Assembly: GCA_964035545.1 (NCBI GenBank)
Contig: OZ037765.1
Location: forward strand, 32,363,504-32,427,503
Direction of reading: 5' to 3'
Length of the DNA stretch: 64,000 nt
Source of the DNA: Bugula neritina
Taxonomy: Eukaryota > Animalia > Bryozoa
A program made the position numbers and the translations under genes. The stretch's first letter is position 1, and every line of letters begins with the position of its first letter. The notes under the pieces are model-generated. The model did not search any database, was not told where the DNA came from, and saw only the letters and a list, made by a program, of their open reading frames with translations. Positions 55,768-64,000 of this stretch are shown here, piece after piece.

Positions 55768-57109
55768 GACAAATTTAAATTGGCCAGTAAAGTAGCATAT
55801 CAGTAATAAATAAAATTTTATTTAATCTCTAAAGCTGTATTGATTGTCTTAGTTATAATTTTATTTAATCTCTCTTGATTGTCTTAGTTATATGATGCAC
55901 TTAAATTCCTGACTATTTTGCATTTAAGTTCATATCTGAAATAAATTACATTTTACCACCTCAACTATAGTACTGTGTAATTTTAGGTGAAATAGACTTA
56001 TTAACTGCAATTTTTTATATGAAGCAGTTTAATATGTAGTAATACTTATGAAATAGCTTGATGACAATGAACTTTAAAGGGCAAAGTTTCAATGTAAATG
56101 TTGTATTTGATATTGCAGATAGTGAACCCTAAAGCCGTAAAGGCGTAAATGCATTTGATTGGTGCTCCACCTTTTCCTTCCTCTTTCCTTAAAAACTGCT
56201 TATATTTGTTAACTTTGTATCTTCCCTTTTTACACCGTCATTTGTGCATATACAACACTCTTCTGCATACCTTCCTTCATAAAAATTAATTTATTTAAGA
56301 TGAAATTCAAACACTAGCGAAATATGTCATATGGCGCTACAAATTCCTCACTTGCCATTGAGCAAAAATTCTTAACTCGTCTTACAATTACAATTTTTAC
56401 TAAATTTTGACAAACTAATTTACTTCATCTACTTATATTAAACTGTTGGAATTTTATCACATTGCTTATCACAACAAGATTGCCTGCAGCTGTTTTAAAG
56501 TTTATAAACAATACAATTATAAACCATTTTATGTATGAAAGCTTATTTTTTTAATATATACAACTATAATAAATAATTTACCGCCAGAATAAATAAAAAT
56601 GGCAATTTGGTAGCATGTATTTCGTTTGCATATTTCCTTTTTCTTGTGGCTTTTCAGCTTTAAAAACTTATTGTGTACACATAATGCCTTGAGTTACACA
56701 GTGCATAATGGACAGTGAATAACAAAGGAGATTCAACAAGACATAATAATTATCGAATTCTTATAACCTTAAACTGTATCAGCATACCATGAAGCACATA
56801 TTAATTATAGGCCCTTTAATGCTGTTAATAACTGTTTACAGTATGGTATGTTAAATGTTGACAAAATAAATTATTTATGCAGTAATTGCTGTGTACAAAC
56901 AAATTGCAATATAATTGTTAATAATTAAGAATCTTATAGCATTTCAAGATTGGAGTTGGACGGTAACTGTTCATATATTAATATATTAGCTGTTAGGATT
57001 TTGAAGTAACGTATTAGTGAACACACCATTATATGCAGGGCTAAATATTGAAAATATAATTAATTTACAAGTTCTAGAAGCAATAATAAGAGTATAAAGA
57101 CCAACTAAG

Positions 57110-60100
57110 ATGCTTTCTGGCAAACGGTGAGTAACAATCCAATCCAGCGGTTTAAGAAACAAGCCATTTTATATGTTTTCATTATGTTGTGTTATGCATA
57201 AAGTATAATGTATTTAAAATTATTTATATTTAATTTTTGCAGGTTATGCGAAGTATATATGTTACATATCCTTGTATTTAAAAGCTTTCCCTTGCATCTC
57301 AAGTGACACTATCAAAGATAATTTCTTTTCTTGTCTAATAAAAAATACCAAGAAATATAGTTATATATTTGCTACGTATAATTATAAATTCTTAGTCAGA
57401 TATTAATGATTTCTTGTAAACGAAAGTTTTTCAATCGAAAAACAGCCTTAATTTTTCACTGAAAGTTTGAATTTCAGTGACATGGTAGCTGTGTTGATAG
57501 CCTGTGAGCTGATGCTGTTGAGACTGGGGGTTATCAATAGTTTTATGGTTAGCCCAACCTTCTACAAAATACAGTACGTAGACTCAGACTATGACAAACC
57601 TGAAGGAGCACAACTAATTCTCAGTAGATCCGTGGACAAATTCGTAAGTACTAACAGCAAGTGAGTGTTAATAACTGTCAACTATAGCAGATAATGTGAA
57701 AGTGTCAACCATGAGAGGTAGTGTGAAGGTGTCAACTATAGTAGGTAGTGTGAAGGTGTCAGCTATAGTAGGTAGTGTGAAGGTATCAACCAAAACAGGT
57801 AATGTGAAGGTGTCAGTTAGAGTAAATAATGAATCAATGTGTTCACTGGATTATAGTGAAAGGTTTCAACTAGATTAGACACAGAGTTATAGTGAGAAAC
57901 AGTGAAAAATTGTAAAACAGAGTAATTTCTTCGATATAAAATATTTTTACTCAATTCAAATTTTTAAATAAATTTTGAACTGAAACAAGCTTATATAAGT
58001 TGAAAGCCGTTTACAACAAGTGATAGTTGCTCTGATAGTATCAGAATCGAGAGACACGTTCTAAGCCTGTGAACTATTTTGTAGTCAGATTGTCCAATGC
58101 TATGCTTACAAAGAACAGAATGTGAAGTGGCAAAGTCAGACAACTCCACATGTAGCCTGTATTCTATGGCAGCTAAGCCCTACACCCTACCAGATTCTGA
58201 TAGACTAAACTCTGAGTCTAAATCAAAACAATTGTTGCTATGGAGATGTACGTTAGCAGCTAGTTTATAAAATAATCTACCAGTGTGTTTCAAAAGCAAA
58301 TTAATTTTACTTGTTAGGTAGGACTTGTAATGTTAGGTTTACCCAGTGTTCCCAGTGGTGTAATGGTCAGCGTGCCTGCTTGTAGGCCAAAGGTCCCAGG
58401 TTCAAATCCCAGTGGGGGAACAATTATTTTTCATTACAGAAAACAAATATTCCACAATTAGACGCTAAAACTATATTTCTTTGACTACCCTAAACAAAAT
58501 GATATGCCAAAGTCAATAAAGTAAGTAAAATAATAAAACATTAAATTAGTTAATTTTCAATGCTGTTAAGTAAACTGCTACAGATCCGATATGCATTGAG
58601 ATGGAGAATGCCAGAGTTATACTGAATGTCTTCATAACTGATGGAAGGAAGAATAGTCCTAGTAGTAAGACAGTAGGTAATATAAATGATGACATGAGCT
58701 GTTACCAGATTTGTTCTGCAGAGTATGGAGTAAACTGTGAATATGTGAGGTGAGATAATACTGTAACATGGTTATTTATCTTTATTCTTTACTACAAGTA
58801 GGTGCAAAGCCAAACAATTTATTGCATATGCTTTACTTTAATTCTTGTACTTTATGCTTTAATCCTAAATTATGATGAAGTGTTTTAGCATTCTCATTTT
58901 CATTCAAATATTGACACTTTCAACACAGAACTGTTCTGCTCTGTAATTATATAAGCAACAAACACTGAAAACTTTAGTTTTTAAGTTATAAAATATGTTG
59001 ATGATTAAAAAATCAATACTACTTATAGGTGAAATTTGCAAAGTATACTCAGTTTATTAGGCAAGGGCCTTGTTCAGTTTATGACATGTATTGATTGGTG
59101 GATGTTTTTGTGACAGATGGATTATGATCGATTTTGGAATTAGTTTTAATTTTTTAGTAAGTGACGTAAATTACATGATATTAAAAGAGAAGCAATGTGT
59201 GTCATGAGCAATGCAAATTCACATTTTTTTATCATTAAGAATTTCCCGAATATAAAAAAAAGTTAATACTTTGAAACAAATTTTTTCGCAGTTTCAATTT
59301 CGAAACTAAAGCTTGTGTTATAACTTTTTAACACTACCATGCAAATTTTCTGCGCTTGATAATTCAAACAACTAAAATGTGAATGTGGATTTTCATCATA
59401 AAATATACGTATATATAAAATATTTAAAACTAAATAATGAGTATATAAAGTTAGAATGTAGACTATTGCAAACATTTTGCACTTTATTTGAAGCCTCTAT
59501 AATGCAAATAAAAGTCGTATTATTAGCATTATAAAAACATTTTCAGATTTTTCATTTCATCATTTTAAGGAATCTTGCCTAGCCCCTTTTTCAAAAGAAC
59601 AGTTAAATGTTTGAATTTAGAATTCCTGGCATAATTACGTGATATATTTACAGTTACAGCCCAAAAACTAAATTATGTGTGATGAGCTCAGAGAGCTTCT
59701 ATTCTAGTTGGACAGGAAGTAAAGAAGTTCCTGGTGCTGTTTCCTGTTACAGACATTATCCAGGTATGAGAAGTGCTAGATGTGGTTAAGTTGAATGTAT
59801 GCTTTCTCTTGCAGAAGTGATTATATTGAAGTTTGAGTTTAAAATGAGGTTAGGTTTAGATTGAATTTTTTTTTATAAGTCGTTTAGGTTTTCATTGTTA
59901 ACATCAACATGTCTGAAAGTAAAGTTAGACTCTTCTGAATAAAACATGAATTGCTTTCCACCTCTTCTAATCTTTCTATACTGTACTACTACATACTACC
60001 AGAGCAATGGAAGACAGTCTACAGGAGACCAAAGTATACTTCTTCTGGTTACACTAATGAGGTGACTGGGCCATGGTTTGACAACTCCTACTACCATGAG

Positions 60101-61575
60101 GAAATCTCTGAGGATGAAGTGGTGGAGCCAGCAGGGGGTAGCATGACTATACTGAAGAGTGAGATGGTGGGGTTGTGGGAACATATGAACATATCCCAGG
60201 TTATAAGTTGGAAAATATCAAAGAAATTAGTTGAAACTCTTAAGTAATATAAAGTTCCTTGTCAACTATGCTTGCATGTATTAAGCAATTTTCATTTTCT
60301 CCCACAGGTGAGAGTGAGTCTCTATAAATCAGGAACAGAAGTGAAGTATCTACTATTTAATGGAGTAAATACCAACATAGAGACTTGGTACACTTTCTCT
60401 CTCTTGATTGACTCATCGTGGAGTGACTTGAACCAGAATTCTTCTCAACCGCTCTTTTTAGGCTGGTGGTGGGCTGATAAGTAAGTGGAACCTACAATTT
60501 ATTACTAGCAACTACTGCTATAACCTATCAAACCCTACTATAATTTACTAGATCAAACTAGAACTATAATAGTTATAATTCACACAGGAACTTACAAGAA
60601 CTTACTATAAAAATTTACTAAAATATACTGAAACCAACTTATAAAATCTACTGTGAAACCTAATAGAATTTACTAGAACCTATTAGCTAGAACTTTCTAG
60701 AACCGATTAGGACCTGCTATGGTCTAGTATACAAGTCACTAAAACGTACTATAATTCACTAAATGCACTAATACTTACTAGAATTTACTAGAACCTAAAC
60801 TAGGGACAACCAAAAAAATTGAAATTTGTTAGAAGTTACTATAATATCTGCTAAATTTTTCTAAAAGAGACTCTAACTTAAATTAGAGCCTACTAGAGCC
60901 TAAATGAAAACCTCGTTATATAAAAGTTACAGCAAACTAAAGATGACATAACTCTCCATCAGGGATTCTCACAGGGATAGTGACTACAAACTTGCTTGAG
61001 TGTTTTTTGTCAATTAGTGGGCACTACATTATTGAATGTGAACAAATTGCAGATGGAATAGAGACGTTAGGATTGGCCGTAGTATGTATATTAGTTATGG
61101 CCATTATGGATGTCCCTATGATCTAACTTGGTTATTATTGCTACAAAACAAGCTGGATAAGGAGCCATGTCCATTTGAAACGTCAGTCGAAGAATCACAC
61201 ATTCCTACTATCTTCTATTCACCAGGAAATGTTGTCTCTACACCTGACAAGTGTAAGATTATGTCTTGTTGTTCATATGTTTTGTTGTTCATATGTTTAA
61301 TTCTATTTCTGACTGGTACTTGAACAGCTGTTGAAAATGCGCATAGTCAGCAATATTGTTCTGCTGATTCTACATAACTTGTAGCAATTAATAAGTCTAT
61401 TGAGCTTTACTGCTAAGAATGAACGGATCATATATTTTTAGGCTAAAAGTGATAGAGCTGTTTAGATATGATTTCCTTTATATTTCATCAAGCAATGGAG
61501 GAAAATCCATGTATTATTACTCTTATTTTAGTTGAAGAAGCTGATTATATGCTTATATCTGTTTCTTTCCTCTGA
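57110..61575 (+). CDS. Uncharacterised, probably secreted protein: signal-peptide-like N-terminus, two PAN/apple-like Cys modules, ~200-aa C-terminal globular domain
   Basis: Phase-consistent exons: 57110-57126 (optional; otherwise ATG 57482), 57478-57643, 58085-~58247, ~58584-58749, 59654-59763, 60003-60199, 60308-60480, 61053-61252, 61532-61575. Hydrophobic MVAVLIACELMLLRLG; Cys patterns DCPMLCLQRTEC...TCSLY and SCYQICSAEYGVNCEYVSYSPKTKLC; C-domain QWKTVYR...QVRVSLYKSGTEVKYLLFNG...IDSSWSDL...YGCPYDLTWL...ADYMLISV. Confidence 0.75.
57690..57820. repeat. 27-bp tandem repeat (TGTGAAGGTGTCAACTATAGTAGGTAG), ~5 copies, intronic
   Basis: Directly visible. It is the source of the GSVKVST ORF. Confidence 0.85.
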
Positions 61576-61597
61576 AATGTGATCAGCACTTTTTGTG

Positions 61598-61700
61598 ACA
61601 CACCTGGGCACACCTGAGCACACCTGAGCATACCTGGACACACCTAAGCATACCTGAGCACACCTGGGTGCACCTTAGCTTACCTGAACAGACCTGGGGT
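61598..61700. repeat. 10-bp tandem repeat (CACCTGAGCA), ~10 copies, just 3' of the stop codon
   Basis: Directly visible. Confidence 0.85.
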
Positions 61701-64000
61701 GGTTTATATAATGAATTTTGGACACTAGAGTTGTCTTCACTTAGCTGTTGCTATAGCACTAATCATTAGCAACTTGTAGCAAGCTAAGTGCAAGTATACT
61801 AATGATAGAAGTGGGTGTCACCTTTAACCACCCCAACTTTAGTTAGACAATTCCTTAGAATTATGCTAAATTTCTAAATGATCCTAATATACTTTATTAG
61901 TATCTTTGATATAAGAAACAATTATTGTTAATTATGAATAGGAATTACTAGAGATCTAGTTTATTATAACTAATAACCAATTGTTGTATGTATGCATTGT
62001 CATAGAGTACTTCTTTAAGTGCATACTTATTACTGTGTGTGTGTCTGTTTTTTATTTCTGTGTAAAATATAATAAAGCTAGTATCTTTACGATAGTACAA
62101 GTGGCATGTTGCTGCGCTTCATCAACGACTTGCATAAAATTTGATATATATTGCATATAAATATATATTATATTACATATTATATATTATGTGCTATATA
62201 TCTTATGTATTATTTGCTATATATTACATATTACTTACTATATACTATATAATACATTTTAATATTATGGACTATATATTATAACACATTATATGTTATT
62301 TGCTATAGATTATATATGACTTATTATATACACTATAGATTACATAATATACATTATTTATTATAATATATCACACATTATATATTATGTACTACATATT
62401 GTATATTATATATAATATAGTATATATGTTGTGTATCAAATATGATATAATGTACCTTGGTGGTATTATAGAAAAAAGTTTTAGTGGAGCTAACCGGTGA
62501 AGGTCATTTAGTATCTCAATTTCTAATCAGATGCAAAAACACATTAACATAACCATAACCCGCGAGAACAGTTTGAAAGTCTTACAAATAAGCAGAACTT
62601 TAATATATGCAGGATATGCAATTTCTGTTATAGCATTGAACTTATAATTAGTTCAACAACATATATATAATATATATATATTAAAGTTTCGTTGAAAGAC
62701 ATGTTTGCTGTTTGAATTTGTATATGCAAAGCCTTAGGGAAATCCCGTGAGCTCCTATTTATCTGAATTTTATTGTCAGTTCATATGAATATATAAATAT
62801 TATCTTGCATGTCTCTCGACATTTTATTCTTATCTGTGAAAGTGAAGCTATGCAATATTCATCATTACATTATACATGATCAATAACATTATGTTATATA
62901 TCATGTGTCACGCAGTACGTATCTTGCACAGTCTAGTGGGTTCATAACACGGTGGGTACAGGTTTAAATGTAGCAGTAAGGGTGCTTTGTGATAAAATTA
63001 TGTATATAACTGATATTATATTTTCATGGTATAGGATTGACAAATAAGTTTTATTATGTTAGATAGCTGAGTATAGCACAGATAGAGTAGAATTAGCTGT
63101 GTACAGGTTAAAATTATTAGCTATCCAGCTTTCATAGCTCTTTTTCTGAAAGCTTTTAAAGTTTTTTTTTCAGAAATTTTTTACAGCTTTTTCTCTAAAG
63201 GTTTGTATAGTAAAAGTTGTATAATACTTGAAACAACAGCAAGTAAAAACATGAGAAGAGTAATAGATCTTGCAAGTATGTATTTGAGAATTATGGCTGC
63301 ATGGAATAGCAGATTTAGCTATTTAAGTTTACATTCTATATCGATTGTGACTTTATAAATGTTATTAACTCTTTCACTTGTGTGCATTAATAAACATTTG
63401 CATTTTAAAAACAAAATTATTCATTTTAATGCCATTTGAATAAACTTCAACAGCTTAATTAATTATGACTAAAACTGAAAAAGATATAAAGATCTGAGCA
63501 GATTTTTGTGTTATCAAGTGACCATGTATATTCAAAATGAAAACATTTGAAATAGGATTTGATCTAGTGCTTATAAAATATGAATCCAAATGACATCTTT
63601 ATTATAGTTATATAATATATACTAAGGTTTATAAGAAATCTGTATAAATAAACTATCTTTTATCTTTTTGCAATGTGTTCAGGTATATACTTACTTACAC
63701 AGTCGCACTGTTTTAAAACTTTGAAAGTATAATGAATTGCATCTGAGTTATTACTCCCATAAACTGATTAGTATAACTCTTTTTTTTAGAACATTATATT
63801 TTATGAATACTATCTTTTTCAATTTGCTACTGTGCATTTATTTATAGCTAGTTTCTCCACTTGCTCCTTACAACACCTATCATAGATTTTACCAAAAGCT
63901 TTTAGGATATGATATTAAGTTGAAAATATTTTAATATATTGGATTACCTATAATAAGCTAAACTTTCTTTCTTGTTGCTGACATAACTGTTTTTGCTTTA

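Noticed and set aside
55987-56033. Alternative terminal exon for D (ttttag|GEIDLLTAIFLYEAV*)
   Set aside because: It is in frame but has no similarity to exon 7 of the other paralogues, unlike 56119-56132. It cannot be supported without cDNA.
61750-64000. Terminal 2.2 kb
   Set aside because: AT-rich, low-complexity DNA with no supportable ORF or structured element.

Overview
This is eukaryotic, AT-rich, intron-containing DNA from an invertebrate animal. The gene content suggests a marine lophotrochozoan, but the species cannot be determined from the sequence. Gene models were assembled by hand from GT-AG splice sites. Gene order: RBM7-like RRM gene (-, 3' end outside the window); DCAF8 WD40 gene (-, 12 coding exons); COMMD7 (+, head-to-head with DCAF8); a two-exon class A neuropeptide-type GPCR (-); four aquaglyceroporins, here A, B and C on - and D on +; and a secreted protein with two PAN/apple-like Cys modules and an uncharacterised C-terminal domain (+). 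B and C lie in a ~10-kb tandem segmental duplication. Introns and intergenic DNA carry MITEs, two tRNA-derived SINE families, a decayed CR1-type LINE fragment, a probable solo LTR, minisatellites and very long microsatellites. No CRISPR array, rRNA or credible functional tRNA was found. The best candidate for undescribed biology is the aquaglyceroporin cluster. The paralogues differ at the ar/R selectivity filter (WGYR, WSAR, WGAR, WGYR). Gene A is an exon-by-exon mosaic of its neighbours. A small seventh exon missed by the ORF track could swap C-terminal targeting motifs, and in A it is followed by a ~700-nt poly(UG) tract. All functional interpretations are untested inference.
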